A program made the position numbers and the translations under genes. From IMG/VR virus record IMGVR_UViG_2695420651_000024: a stretch of 42,748 bases of DNA. One strand, given 5' to 3'. Origin of the DNA: a virus. Its lineage: Duplodnaviria; Heunggongvirae; Uroviricota; Caudoviricetes. The notes beneath the pieces were generated by a model. The model saw nothing but the letters and a program-made list of their open reading frames with translations. It was not told the origin of the DNA and made no database searches. Below are positions 8,045 through 17,932 of this stretch, piece by piece. Position 1 is the stretch's first letter, and each line of letters starts with the position of its first letter.

Positions 8045-9109
8045 CTATAATCCTCTCTGAAAAGCAGTGCTGGATGGCATATCCTGCGCACCGCGCGCTT
8101 CGCACATCATATCCATGTACCACGCCTGGCCCCTTGTATCGCCAGTGTACATAATCCCGCGCACAATATAAACGCCATCCGTTGCGATGCTGGCAGGCTG
8201 CGATGTGGTGCCGCTTAGCGTAATATTTCCGTCCGTGTTCTGGTCGGTGATCTGCCCACCAGCCATAGCGATATCGTTGTTCGACAACGCGGTGCGATAT
8301 ACGGAAGCCTGATCCAGTTGAATGAGCCCATTAACCCGGATGTTCGGATTAATAAGCGCGCGAACGTTTACGCCGTTGCCGATGGTCTGCTGCGGCATGC
8401 CAATAAGCCCGGTAGCGCTGTTGAGCACAATCGCTTCGTGAACATATTCATTATTCGCCACCATCTGGCGCTGACCGTCTACGAATTGCCATGTTGCGCC
8501 ACATTGCCCGGCTACGTTATCCATTAGATGCCGCGTCATGCCAAAGAGCACCCGCCCCCGGGGGAATACAGTAGCAGGCATTTCAGGCGTCAGGCCTTCG
8601 GTCGCACCTTTGGCTTCGAAGTCTTTCATCAGCGCACGGTTCACATCAGCGACCGTGTAACCGGCAGCCAGCGTCTGTGAGGTTATACTGGTGGCAAAAG
8701 CCAGATCAGTATCTGCTGCCTGAATCAGGACGTAGGAATCAACCGGACTGTCTTTTCCTGTAACCGAGTAGCGAATTTCACCGCTGAAAATCAGTCCGTA
8801 GTTGCGGCCATCACTCTGGCCCACGTCCGCCGCATCAACCTCCCGCACGATCCCGACGTCGCTTGCCGACACCTCCGGCGCGATACCGTCGTAACCCGCA
8901 ATCAGACGCACTTTCGAAAACTCCCGCCCGGTGATTCGGTTCACAGTATCTGCCGAGAGGTTATAAATTTTGATAGTCCCTACCCGGGACGCGCTGCTGA
9001 TGTTGAACCAGTCGATCGTAAAGGTCACTTTAAAATCACTTAGCTCAATTCCCTGACCGTTCCCGTCCACAAGCTGCAGCTCGAAATGTCTCATCCAGTT
9101 CTGTGACAT
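8045..9109 (-). CDS. Baseplate hub-like tail protein (Mu gp44-like)
   Basis: 354 aa; position between tape-measure-proximal genes and the gp45-like gene. Confidence 0.5.
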   Translation of the reverse strand: MSQNWMRHFELQLVDGNGQGIELSDFKVTFTIDWFNISSASRVGTIKIYNLSADTVNRITGREFSKVRLIAGYDGIAPEVSASDVGIVREVDAADVGQSDGRNYGLIFSGEIRYSVTGKDSPVDSYVLIQAADTDLAFATSITSQTLAAGYTVADVNRALMKDFEAKGATEGLTPEMPATVFPRGRVLFGMTRHLMDNVAGQCGATWQFVDGQRQMVANNEYVHEAIVLNSATGLIGMPQQTIGNGVNVRALINPNIRVNGLIQLDQASVYRTALSNNDIAMAGGQITDQNTDGNITLSGTTSQPASIATDGVYIVRGIMYTGDTRGQAWYMDMMCEARGAQDMPSSTAFQRGL

Positions 9110-9111
9110 GC

Positions 9112-9414
9112 TTACTCCGTTGATACCAGTAAATGGCTGCGACCGCCCAGGTCAGTTTTTGTGGGGTAATCCTGTGTGTTGTCATCACAGACCACCACCA
9201 GCTTAAAACCAAGCCCCATACAGGCGTACTGCGCCAGCAGGTCAGCACCAGTGACGAGAGGAATACCGGAGATTACCGGCTCCCCTCTGTCGTTCTGCAG
9301 GTCCATAATCCAGTACAGATCGCGCCATATGATGCTAATCCGCCAGGTAACACCACCCAGGACGATGCTGAACTGCTGGTTGTCCGCTGTCAGCGGAATT
9401 TCCTGAATTGCCAT
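9112..9414 (-). CDS. Phage tail protein (small, baseplate-associated)
   Basis: 100 aa; tightly packed within the tail operon. Confidence 0.4.
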   Translation of the reverse strand: MAIQEIPLTADNQQFSIVLGGVTWRISIIWRDLYWIMDLQNDRGEPVISGIPLVTGADLLAQYACMGLGFKLVVVCDDNTQDYPTKTDLGGRSHLLVSTE

Positions 9415-10001
9415 TAGCCGCCCCCCAGTAATGACGCCACGTTACCCGTGATGCTTTTCAGCAGTGAAGTATCTGGAGGCTTGGTGGTTTTGTTGCCGCT
9501 GTTCTGTACCGCCGAGGTGCTGGCCCCTTCCTTCATGTTGGTTTTATCCGCGACGGAAATCTGCTGTGTCCGGGAGATAAGGACCTCCCTCAGGGTGAGG
9601 ACGGCGGACAGGACGTTTTCGGTTGTCTTGTCCGTCGTCACTTCCAGCGCCCGGATCAACATGTTGCTGTACAGTCGTTTACCGGTTACCACATCGAAGG
9701 GGATACGGCTTTCCTGCAGATCCAGTAGCTCCTGATACGTCTGCTGAGGACTCAGGCCGAGCAGGCTGGTAGCCGTCAGGTTACTGGCAAAATCCAGCAA
9801 TGCGCCACCACCGGCGAAACCAACCTCCATCACCACTTCTGACGGTTTTTTATAGGCATGATCAGCGACAGCGGCCCCGACCTCTACCGGATGCTCTGTT
9901 ATTTCAAGCATATCTGTATGCTTCTCTGAAATAACAACACAGGGAACAATCATTCCTATTTTTCTGCTCTGCTGATGAAAAAGTGTAGAGAGAATATCCA
10001 C
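9414..10001 (-). CDS. Phage tail protein immediately downstream of the tape measure
   Basis: 195 aa; position only. Confidence 0.4.
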   Translation of the reverse strand: MDILSTLFHQQSRKIGMIVPCVVISEKHTDMLEITEHPVEVGAAVADHAYKKPSEVVMEVGFAGGGALLDFASNLTATSLLGLSPQQTYQELLDLQESRIPFDVVTGKRLYSNMLIRALEVTTDKTTENVLSAVLTLREVLISRTQQISVADKTNMKEGASTSAVQNSGNKTTKPPDTSLLKSITGNVASLLGGG

Positions 10002-11989
10002 TAACCCACCCTCACCTGATTACTTCGCATGACCTGAGCATTTGCAGACTGTTGCCGACGTGCAACCTCATTACCGACAGCGTGCGGATCTCCACCACCG
10101 TAAATGTGGTAGGTATTTTGCTGGTTAACCTCTGTCACTTTGCCACTAATTCCCGCCACGGCAGCCTTATTAATCAGCTCCCGAGAATAGATATTTCTTC
10201 CATTCTCATGCTGGATAATGCTGCTCATCAATGCTGACATGGTTTGCGGATCGCTCATATTCAGGGCAGCCCGGGGATCCACTCCCAGTCGTTGCGATAC
10301 AGCCCTGATATACGCAGTTGTGTTGTTATTATCAGACGCAGGTGCCCAGGTAGAGATAATTTTCTCCACACTGTTTATTCCCCGTCCGGCGTACAGCATT
10401 AACTGACGAGCAAGAGCCCGTAATCCATCAAAAGCAGTTTCAAATCTGGCAAATCGCCCGCCCGGGCGTTCAAGAGAAGCCCCTGCCTGACCAGCAAAAT
10501 TAAGGTTTCCCGGATTGTTATTCCGTTCTCCTCGTTTCGTAGCCTGTGCATGTTGTTCCGGCTCATCATCACCAAACCAGCCGCGTACCGTCCGGCCCAC
10601 ACTGCGGGGATCGAATCCCCAGTGCTCTTTAATCCAGTCGGCAGTACTGTTAGCGCTGTCTGTAACCATCGGCATCGCTGACGGATTTTCGCTGCCCTGA
10701 TTAAGTATCTGTTTGCCGATGCTGACGGCATCAGCCCAGCGGCCATCTTTGATAGCGTTGAGCAGGTCGGCGATCATGTTCAGCATTTTGCTGAATTCGC
10801 CCATCTGGTCGATGAAGTTGCTGAAATCCCACTTCAGGGACCATGATTTGGGGTCAATATTGAGCAGTTTCGCCAGCGCTTTCACCAGGTCGTTAACGGT
10901 CGTTTTAAGGTCACGAACCATCTTCAGCGCGGCATCGACCTCCGGTTTCCACTTGCCCCAGTCAATCAGGCTGTCGCCGCCTTCCTTCCAGGTCTGATAG
11001 TCCTCCCACAGGAGGGCAATACCCGCCGCCAGCGCGGTAATGAGGCCAATCGGCGACATCCAGAACGTACTGTTCAGAATGCGCAGCGCAATCGTCAGTG
11101 CGCCAAACAGCGAGATCAACTCCCGCGTTTGCTTATCCAGCGATTGCCACCAGGTGATAAGGCCTGATGTCCCCTCAATCAGTCTGAAGAACAGCCGCCC
11201 GATAATATCCCCGAGCGCCAGAATGCCTTTTATGGCTTTCGTCAGGGTCTGCTCGATACGAGGGAAGTTGTCCAGGATATGGCGGCGCAGGGTGTCCAGC
11301 GAACCCGCAAGCCCCCCCGCAAGATTAGAGCCGATTTTGTCACGGGCCATGCCTGCCATCGCGCCAAACTCACGCAGGGAGGTCATAAATTTGTTGGAGC
11401 TTCTGGCCGCCTCGTCAGCATTGAAGCCGATAGCTTTCGCCATTGCGCTGTACTGCCCGGAGAAGCCACCCACACCCCGGCGCATCGCCATAAGGGTATT
11501 TTCGTCAATGCCCAGCATCTGCGCATACTGGTTAGCCCGGTAATACGGCATGCTGCTGAGTTTCTGTCCAACGCCCGTAAAAATAGCGGCCATGTCACGC
11601 ATGTTACCGCTGGCATCACGGGTCTGTACGCCCAGGCGATTCAGAAAGCCTTCTGCACCGGGATTGTTACGAATAAACCGGGATAGGCTTTCCAGAGAAG
11701 ATCGCGCAGCGTCCACGCTGCCGCCAACCTGCGAAACCGCATAGCCAATAGACTGAATTCCCTGGACTGTCGCGCCGGTGCGCTGTGACGCCCAGTAAAG
11801 ATTATCCAGGCCGGAGGCGATCTTAGCCGTGAAGGCCACCACGGACAACGCAGCTCCTTCAACAGCCAGCCCCATTTTGATGACATTTGCAGTTGTACCG
11901 GCGAGGACAGAACCGAACTTTTTCGCTCCTGCATCATCCACACTGAAGCCAAGCGAGACGAGGAAATCTTTAATAGTTTCAGCGTTCAT
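10001..11989 (-). CDS. Tail tape measure protein
   Basis: About 660 aa, Ala/Gly-rich helical protein with a central hydrophobic segment. Start set at ATG 11989 (MNAETIKDF...) preceded by GGAGAGAGG; the track's longer N-terminus reads through that RBS. Confidence 0.7.
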   Translation of the reverse strand: MNAETIKDFLVSLGFSVDDAGAKKFGSVLAGTTANVIKMGLAVEGAALSVVAFTAKIASGLDNLYWASQRTGATVQGIQSIGYAVSQVGGSVDAARSSLESLSRFIRNNPGAEGFLNRLGVQTRDASGNMRDMAAIFTGVGQKLSSMPYYRANQYAQMLGIDENTLMAMRRGVGGFSGQYSAMAKAIGFNADEAARSSNKFMTSLREFGAMAGMARDKIGSNLAGGLAGSLDTLRRHILDNFPRIEQTLTKAIKGILALGDIIGRLFFRLIEGTSGLITWWQSLDKQTRELISLFGALTIALRILNSTFWMSPIGLITALAAGIALLWEDYQTWKEGGDSLIDWGKWKPEVDAALKMVRDLKTTVNDLVKALAKLLNIDPKSWSLKWDFSNFIDQMGEFSKMLNMIADLLNAIKDGRWADAVSIGKQILNQGSENPSAMPMVTDSANSTADWIKEHWGFDPRSVGRTVRGWFGDDEPEQHAQATKRGERNNNPGNLNFAGQAGASLERPGGRFARFETAFDGLRALARQLMLYAGRGINSVEKIISTWAPASDNNNTTAYIRAVSQRLGVDPRAALNMSDPQTMSALMSSIIQHENGRNIYSRELINKAAVAGISGKVTEVNQQNTYHIYGGGDPHAVGNEVARRQQSANAQVMRSNQVRVG

Positions 11990-12166
11990 TATCCTCTCTC
12001 CATTTCTCAATGCGTCGCTGGTTATCCGCTTTTACCGCCAGATGGTCATTCAAGAGAGCAATGTCATACAAATCGACAGAGCCATCTTTAAGTGCTGTAT
12101 AAGGAATTAACCCGGCGTCAACCGGATTGAGAAGGTAGGACAGCCCGTCCGGCAGGCTGTTAAACG

Positions 12167-12619
12167 TCAGCCTTGTTGCAGGCTCTGCGTCGTGCTGGTA
12201 AGGGGTGTAGGCAAAAAATTTCCCAGCGAATCGGCGACCACCCGCGCCACCAGCTGCAGCATGACCAGCAAGTCAATATCATCAAACATCAGTTCGCCCT
12301 GGGTAAATACCGGCACCCATCCGTCCATATGACGCCGCGATACCACCGCAAGACAGGGATGAATAATCGCATCGGTGTCATCTTCGGTCAGGGAAGACAG
12401 TTCCTCAGCGATACGCGGGAGCATGGTTTCAAACACCGGTTTTAACTGTTCGAATTTCACGGTGTCGATTTTGCCGTCAGCAGGCAAACGGGAGCGAATA
12501 CTCCCGAAATCTGACATCATTCCTGCCAGCACCGGCAGAAGTTTGCGGGTCACTTTCAGCTGGTCAAAAACGCTGAGTTTTGCCGTGCGATATTTCACGC
12601 CTTTAATTTCGAATTCCAT
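12167..12619 (-). CDS. Tail assembly chaperone (frame-0 product)
   Basis: 150 aa, directly upstream of the tape measure; see the frameshift finding. Confidence 0.55.
   Translation of the reverse strand: MEFEIKGVKYRTAKLSVFDQLKVTRKLLPVLAGMMSDFGSIRSRLPADGKIDTVKFEQLKPVFETMLPRIAEELSSLTEDDTDAIIHPCLAVVSRRHMDGWVPVFTQGELMFDDIDLLVMLQLVARVVADSLGNFLPTPLTSTTQSLQQG
12212..12221 (-). other. Candidate -1 programmed frameshift slippery site (AAATTTTTTG) in the tail chaperone
   Basis: Minus strand reads GGG-AAA-TTT-TTT-G near the 3' end of the chaperone; the -1 frame is open for about 75 codons up to a TGA overlapping the tape-measure ATG (11979..11981). Confidence 0.45.
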
Positions 12620-12622
12620 GCA

Positions 12623-13063
12623 TTAAAACTCCCCGAGAACCTGGTCAATCTTGCCGCAGTCAAACACCCACGGCATCGTATTACCGGTTTTAGCGTTGGC
12701 GTTATCCGGTTGTTTCTGGAACGCAACACTGCGTGCCGTGATGATGTCGCCGCTGACCTTGTTGCGGATCACGATAACGTTATTCCCCCATGTGGCAGAA
12801 GACTGGCTCTGTGCGTTATACGCCAGCGACAATTTTTTATTTGTCGGTGATGTCTTCAGAAGGTTAACGGTAATCGTCCCGCTTTTATCTGCATGGAGAC
12901 TGTGCATCACTTCGCCATCAGCACCGATGGTCATGGTGTTTTTAGGACCGCCCATCGCAACCACAATCCCCTCTTCAGAACTTGCCGAACCGTACCCGAG
13001 GTCAATCGAACCTGTCGGCCCGGTCAGCGTCGCAGTGACATCCATAAAAGAATAGGTAGACAT
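12623..13063 (-). CDS. Tail tube protein
   Basis: 146 aa, between sheath and chaperone. Confidence 0.55.
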   Translation of the reverse strand: MSTYSFMDVTATLTGPTGSIDLGYGSASSEEGIVVAMGGPKNTMTIGADGEVMHSLHADKSGTITVNLLKTSPTNKKLSLAYNAQSQSSATWGNNVIVIRNKVSGDIITARSVAFQKQPDNANAKTGNTMPWVFDCGKIDQVLGEF

Positions 13064-13073
13064 TCACTTCCCC

Positions 13074-14219
13074 TTAGCGAACAACGTTAATCTGTACGTC
13101 AGCGTAATGAACCGCGCCTGCAAGTTTTATTGCAGCCTGAATCACCGGAGCCTTACGGGCTTCACGTTCTGATTGAGCCTGTTCATCCAGCGGCTGAGCG
13201 TATACGTAATAACCTTTGGGCAGTGTGTCACCTGATGACAACTGACCAAGGTCGCCCCCGTTCCATACGCCCGGAGCAATCAGTCCATTCTGAACGGCCT
13301 GATCCAGTGATTTTTCAACATTTGATAACAGTCGGGTAATACCGGCTTCAGTCTGGGGAACTTTCGTGGTGCTGGTATAAAGCAGGTTATAGAGGTTGGT
13401 CTGCACATAATTCTGTAACCAGTCCAGGCCGTGGCGTTCATCAAAGAAATCGCCGTTAGCCATCACTCCCTGCTGGAGGATAGCCGTATCATTCTGGTAG
13501 TACACGAATACATTGCAGTTTTTTGCATCAAGTGCCGATGCCTGGCTGACTGTCAGTGTTTCATACCCGATACCCGGCTCCTGCTTAAACTTGAGCGTAA
13601 TCGCGGTATTACTGCCATTGAAATTAACCGTGAATGCCCGGCCAAATGCAGATAACGCAGCGTATTTATTACCCGATGAATACTGAATAAAACTGCGTGA
13701 ATATCCGGCGGTTTTCAGTTTTGATGCCAAATCATCGCTGGATGCAGTCTGCAGGCATTTCTCATCGCTTGTCGTAATCGCCAGAATACGGCTTACAGAA
13801 GAGGATTCGATCGCCGCAGCCACTTTCAGCCAGTCTGCATCCTGAATATCTTCATCGTCTGCAATCCCCAGCCCATACCATGAAGTATAATCAAGCATGG
13901 CATTCACAGCCTGCTCCAGCGTCTCAGGCGTGGCCTGTTCGCTGTCTCCCTTCGTTTTCACCCAACGACCAACAAAAACCTCCTGAGGTTTCGGTGATTG
14001 AGAGAAAAACACCTGCGCAGCCTTATATTCTGGTGATTCCACGCCAAAATCTTTTCCAATATCTTCCGCGGCAGAATAACGGCGAATGCGCTCACTTACC
14101 GGAATGATTGTGGACGGGCCGAGAATGAGTAATGCACCAAAATTTCGCCCTGATGCTGCACGCGGCGACATGATCACATCAACATTAACAACGTTTGATA
14201 CAGGCAAGCCCTGTGCCAT
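13074..14219 (-). CDS. Contractile tail sheath protein
   Basis: 381 aa; position upstream of tube-chaperone-tape measure. Confidence 0.6.
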   Translation of the reverse strand: MAQGLPVSNVVNVDVIMSPRAASGRNFGALLILGPSTIIPVSERIRRYSAAEDIGKDFGVESPEYKAAQVFFSQSPKPQEVFVGRWVKTKGDSEQATPETLEQAVNAMLDYTSWYGLGIADDEDIQDADWLKVAAAIESSSVSRILAITTSDEKCLQTASSDDLASKLKTAGYSRSFIQYSSGNKYAALSAFGRAFTVNFNGSNTAITLKFKQEPGIGYETLTVSQASALDAKNCNVFVYYQNDTAILQQGVMANGDFFDERHGLDWLQNYVQTNLYNLLYTSTTKVPQTEAGITRLLSNVEKSLDQAVQNGLIAPGVWNGGDLGQLSSGDTLPKGYYVYAQPLDEQAQSEREARKAPVIQAAIKLAGAVHYADVQINVVR

Positions 14220-14222
14220 AGC

Positions 14223-14789
14223 TTAATCTCCGAAAAAGATGACTGGTGCATCCACCAGCGATTTAATACCGTACTCGCGCACAACCTTCCGGCGCAGGCG
14301 CACCGTCATATCGTAGCGGCGGACCCATTGCTGATTAATAAGTTCAGGGAAGGGAGTCAGACCTGTGTAATCGCCAAGAGACAGCCCCAGCGCATTCAGT
14401 GCTGCATTGTTCTGCGGCACAGATATACCGTCACGAAACCGGGACGCATACACCATCCCCGCCGGTCCATAAAACGAAGCCATACACTCAATCGTTTCAT
14501 GCCGCCAGAGCTGAGAGCCATCATCGGTCTGTCTGGTGAATGCCGGACTGTCATCACCTGACCATCCGATAACCCCAAACGCACACCAGTTCGTTTCAAC
14601 CGGTAGCAGTGGCGGCTGCTCTTTCTGCCAGCGCGGGCGAACCATCCCGGCAGACAGACCGGAAACGTTACGTATCCACTGGCTTAACAGCCTGTCGAGC
14701 GCTTCGTCATAATCCGGATCGCCACTGGTTGGTATTAACCATCCGCGCTCTGTACTGGTGTTATTGCTCAACCGGAGTTCCCCCATCAA
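14223..14789 (-). CDS. Head-tail joining / tail completion protein
   Basis: 188 aa; position between head and sheath genes. Confidence 0.35.
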   Translation of the reverse strand: MMGELRLSNNTSTERGWLIPTSGDPDYDEALDRLLSQWIRNVSGLSAGMVRPRWQKEQPPLLPVETNWCAFGVIGWSGDDSPAFTRQTDDGSQLWRHETIECMASFYGPAGMVYASRFRDGISVPQNNAALNALGLSLGDYTGLTPFPELINQQWVRRYDMTVRLRRKVVREYGIKSLVDAPVIFFGD

Positions 14790-15150
14790 ACGGCATCAAC
14801 TCACAATGCGCCTGAACGAATCCGGCCCCATAAGCTGTATACGGGTCGACGAAGGTCACACGGTAATCACGGCCCTGATACGTCACGATATCGGCATCAC
14901 GGCCAGTCTGTCCCTGCGTCAGTCGCTCAGTCGTCACAATCAGAATTGCACCACTGATTACCTGCCCGGCCTGCATACGACGGTTTTCCAGAGAGCGATC
15001 AACAGTAACGACTCCGGCAAACTGCTTTTTAACTTCGCTGTCGCTGCCGATTCCGTCCTCATCCACCGTTTGCACACGGCGTGTTACCCACAAATTGAAG
15101 TCGCAAAAATCGGGGTCAAAAAGCACATCTGTTACATCAAGAGTCGGCAT
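14761..15150 (-). CDS. Head-tail connector/closure protein
   Basis: 129 aa; position. Confidence 0.35.
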   Translation of the reverse strand: MPTLDVTDVLFDPDFCDFNLWVTRRVQTVDEDGIGSDSEVKKQFAGVVTVDRSLENRRMQAGQVISGAILIVTTERLTQGQTGRDADIVTYQGRDYRVTFVDPYTAYGAGFVQAHCELMPFDGGTPVEQ

Positions 15151-15691
15151 CTTTATCCCTCACTACATGGGTAATAGCTCTGCGATATTGCCCGGTGTCA
15201 ATTAATGGTTTCGCCAGATCGGTTCCGGGAGATTCGCCAGCAACACGCCGGGCAAGTTCCAGTGTTGCCCCCTTGCGCCCCCGACGAGCCCGGGCTTCAA
15301 CAGTACTGTCAGCAAGCGGCGTAAAGCCGGTAATGGTCATGTAACGCCTGACGCCATTAACGGCCAGCGTTCCGGCACGGTTGAGTGCACTTTCTGCTCC
15401 CGCAGCATTACCATCAAGTGCAGCCTGCGCCGCGGCTTTAAGCTGCGGCACCGTCTGCTCTTCTGCCGATTTAACGCCGGGGACCAGGTGAGGTCGTGGC
15501 GGGATGTTCTGCTCTGGTGAGCCGTATTCGTTGAGGTAACCGATGCCCGCATTACCAAACGGAACATCATCCCGTTCGCTGTCTTCCGAAGGGATGCCGA
15601 CCAGCACATCTTTTTTGGTTAACGACCTGAGCGCATCCAGAATGGCCTTAGCGTTATCCACCCTCGTTGTTACACCGCTTTTGAAACTCAT
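15137..15691 (-). CDS. Head-tail connector protein
   Basis: 184 aa; position. Confidence 0.35.
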   Translation of the reverse strand: MSFKSGVTTRVDNAKAILDALRSLTKKDVLVGIPSEDSERDDVPFGNAGIGYLNEYGSPEQNIPPRPHLVPGVKSAEEQTVPQLKAAAQAALDGNAAGAESALNRAGTLAVNGVRRYMTITGFTPLADSTVEARARRGRKGATLELARRVAGESPGTDLAKPLIDTGQYRRAITHVVRDKDADS

Positions 15692-16095
15692 AGCTGGCGA
15701 CCGCCTGCACCGAACATCGTGATCAACTGATAAAATTCAGCGCCATATCGGGTGTTATTCCAGAAACCTGCATCAGGATTCAGCGTCGCGCTGGTGTCAT
15801 AGCTGACGCTTACCTTATCCACGGACTTTGAGGACTGAACACCATTGGTTGAACCGCCCGGACCACCAGCCAGCATCGCTCTGCTGTCAGCCGCCCAGAG
15901 CGTCATGTAGTGAGCAACGAACAACCCGGCAAAGTACGGAAACAACTTTTTGCCGGTGACATTTTCGCTCAGCAGTTCATCGGCCAGATTCAGACGGAAC
16001 CCGATTTGGGCGTCGGGATATTTTGCCGGGTCAGCAAACTGCGGGAAGTCGCGGCGAAAATCACTTACCGCTGGCAGACTTTGATTCTTTGACAT
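15688..16095 (-). CDS. Phage structural protein (DUF4054-like)
   Basis: Start set at internal ATG 16095 ([13 protein letters not shown]...); position after capsid genes. Confidence 0.4.
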   Translation of the reverse strand: MSKNQSLPAVSDFRRDFPQFADPAKYPDAQIGFRLNLADELLSENVTGKKLFPYFAGLFVAHYMTLWAADSRAMLAGGPGGSTNGVQSSKSVDKVSVSYDTSATLNPDAGFWNNTRYGAEFYQLITMFGAGGRQL

Positions 16096-16429
16096 CTTTA
16101 GCCCCATTACCGCCAGTCCGGGCGGCAGTAATCTGCGCCTGCAGGCTGTCGTTCTGCTCCTGCAGTTTGAGCAATGCATCTTTAAGATCGGCAATCAGCT
16201 TATCTTTGTCGGCAATCTGCGCTTGCAGGCCGTCGATAATGGGTTGCAGATCATCGGTGTCGCTAATCACGCTTTCGGAAAGCTCAGAGTGCGCCTGGGT
16301 GAACCAGTGCGACGCGACCTCTTCCGGTACGTTATGCCGTCCCCGGCCAAACTCCTGTTTTGACTGATCGCCGAGCGTCAGCGTAAACGGGGTGTGAACA
16401 TGGATGGTAACCAGCTTTTCTTTCGCCAT
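16061..16429 (-). CDS. Hypothetical head protein with coiled-coil C-terminus
   Basis: Start at ATG 16429 ([11 protein letters not shown]...) with AGGAA RBS; the longer track ORF runs into the capsid gene. Confidence 0.35.
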   Translation of the reverse strand: MAKEKLVTIHVHTPFTLTLGDQSKQEFGRGRHNVPEEVASHWFTQAHSELSESVISDTDDLQPIIDGLQAQIADKDKLIADLKDALLKLQEQNDSLQAQITAARTGGNGAKDVKESKSASGK

Positions 16430-16469
16430 TTCAGTTTCCTTCAGGCCCCTTTCGGGGCCATTCTGGTTA

Positions 16470-17411
16470 TCAGATACCGTCCACATAGGACAGAGTTTCT
16501 TTATACACTGGCTCGACTGCACCCAGCTTGCCGTAGTAAGTGACGATCTGATACAGGCCGCGATACTGCACCGGCACGCTCTGAAGCGGAACCAGCGGGT
16601 AGCGGACGTATTTTTTATCGTTGGTGTACGCAACCATGCGATCCTTATTCCCCACACCACGGCCTTTCAGCCATTTAACCGCGCGGATATTCAGCGGAAC
16701 ACCGTTCTGGTGATAGCTGATGGTGTTGGTCTGAAGGTACGTCAACAGGGACTGGTTACCCGCAGATGAAACGATGATGCTGGACAACAGAGCAAACTGT
16801 TCAGGCGGGATCAGCAAATCACGCGGGACCACAGAGTAACCAGAAGCGGCCCACGCATCAGACAGCACCTGGTTAATGCTTGCGCGGATTTCGTCCGGTG
16901 TTGAGGTTGCCCACGTTTTGGCAGCGTTGTTGACAGGCACGCCGTCCAGGGTAACAAGGCCTTTCAGGTTTAATGCGGAATCGCCAACATATACCTGTTC
17001 ATCGTTATCCATCTGCCATTTCAGTTGCATCCCGTCATACTTCTGCGTATCAATCGGGCGGCCGACCTGCTGAGCAGCCTGCAATTCTATGACCGTCCAG
17101 CCAAGTTCCATCCCCCACAGGTTCAGCGGGTTACCGGATTTGCCGGTATCCACGTTCACGCCAGCAATAGCGGTTGAGTCTTTGCCTACCCAGTTTTTGC
17201 CATTCGGATTTGCACCAGTACCCGCAGCGGCGAAGCTGGTATTCGTCCAGCTGGAAATGTCATCTGCGATAGAGACATCTTCACGCAACTGAATATCGCG
17301 GGTCCAGGTGTACCCCACCAGTGGCAGGTTCAGCGTCTGGTCGAGTCGCTCCAGCTCCCCGATGAGAAAGGCACCAGAGCTGTCAACGGTTGCCTGATCA
17401 AAAGTAATCAT
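16470..17411 (-). CDS. Major capsid protein (putative)
   Basis: 313 aa; conserved position downstream of protease/scaffold and decoration-like genes. Confidence 0.5.
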   Translation of the reverse strand: MITFDQATVDSSGAFLIGELERLDQTLNLPLVGYTWTRDIQLREDVSIADDISSWTNTSFAAAGTGANPNGKNWVGKDSTAIAGVNVDTGKSGNPLNLWGMELGWTVIELQAAQQVGRPIDTQKYDGMQLKWQMDNDEQVYVGDSALNLKGLVTLDGVPVNNAAKTWATSTPDEIRASINQVLSDAWAASGYSVVPRDLLIPPEQFALLSSIIVSSAGNQSLLTYLQTNTISYHQNGVPLNIRAVKWLKGRGVGNKDRMVAYTNDKKYVRYPLVPLQSVPVQYRGLYQIVTYYGKLGAVEPVYKETLSYVDGI

Positions 17412-17422
17412 TCGTCTGTTCC

Positions 17423-17929
17423 TTAAATCTTCCAGGAAATTTCTGCATTGCCGTTAGCATCACCGGCACCTGTGAATTCAGCGTTGGTCAGCACCACATT
17501 TTTGCCACTGACTGACGTGGACATGAATCCACCCAGCGGCACTTTGATGGATTCATCAGTGGAGACGACAACGTATACCGGGTCGCCTTTTTTGATAGTG
17601 CTGGCATCAAAATCAGAACCGAGATTAACGGTCACGTAGCCACGCTTCATGGCGTCGCCCGGGAAGTTCTTGCCTGTTCCCACCTGGCGAACCATGTCCG
17701 GCTGCGACGTGGTCGGATAAGGGCGCACGTAGATCCCCTTCACCTTGTCTGCGGTATCACCATCTGCCAGCGGCACGAAAAAACCGTCATCATCGTATTT
17801 ACCAGCCAGCCCATAGGCAGCGAAGGCGTTATCGGATTTAAGGACCACCGGTTCGACGGTTAAGTCCTGCGGGCGAGAGACAGCCCCGGCAATACCAACA
17901 GGCATCCGGTACAGAAATACATTATTCAT
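17423..17929 (-). CDS. Capsid-associated (decoration/cement-like) protein
   Basis: 168 aa; position. Confidence 0.35.
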   Translation of the reverse strand: MNNVFLYRMPVGIAGAVSRPQDLTVEPVVLKSDNAFAAYGLAGKYDDDGFFVPLADGDTADKVKGIYVRPYPTTSQPDMVRQVGTGKNFPGDAMKRGYVTVNLGSDFDASTIKKGDPVYVVVSTDESIKVPLGGFMSTSVSGKNVVLTNAEFTGAGDANGNAEISWKI

Positions 17930-17932
17930 TTT

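Noticed and set aside
10001-12010. The N-terminal extension MRNGERIM of the tape-measure ORF and the many internal ORFs on both strands
   Set aside because: The extension reads through the gene's own Shine-Dalgarno sequence (GGAGAGAGG), so the real start is ATG 11989. The internal ORFs are shadow frames of a GC-rich gene.
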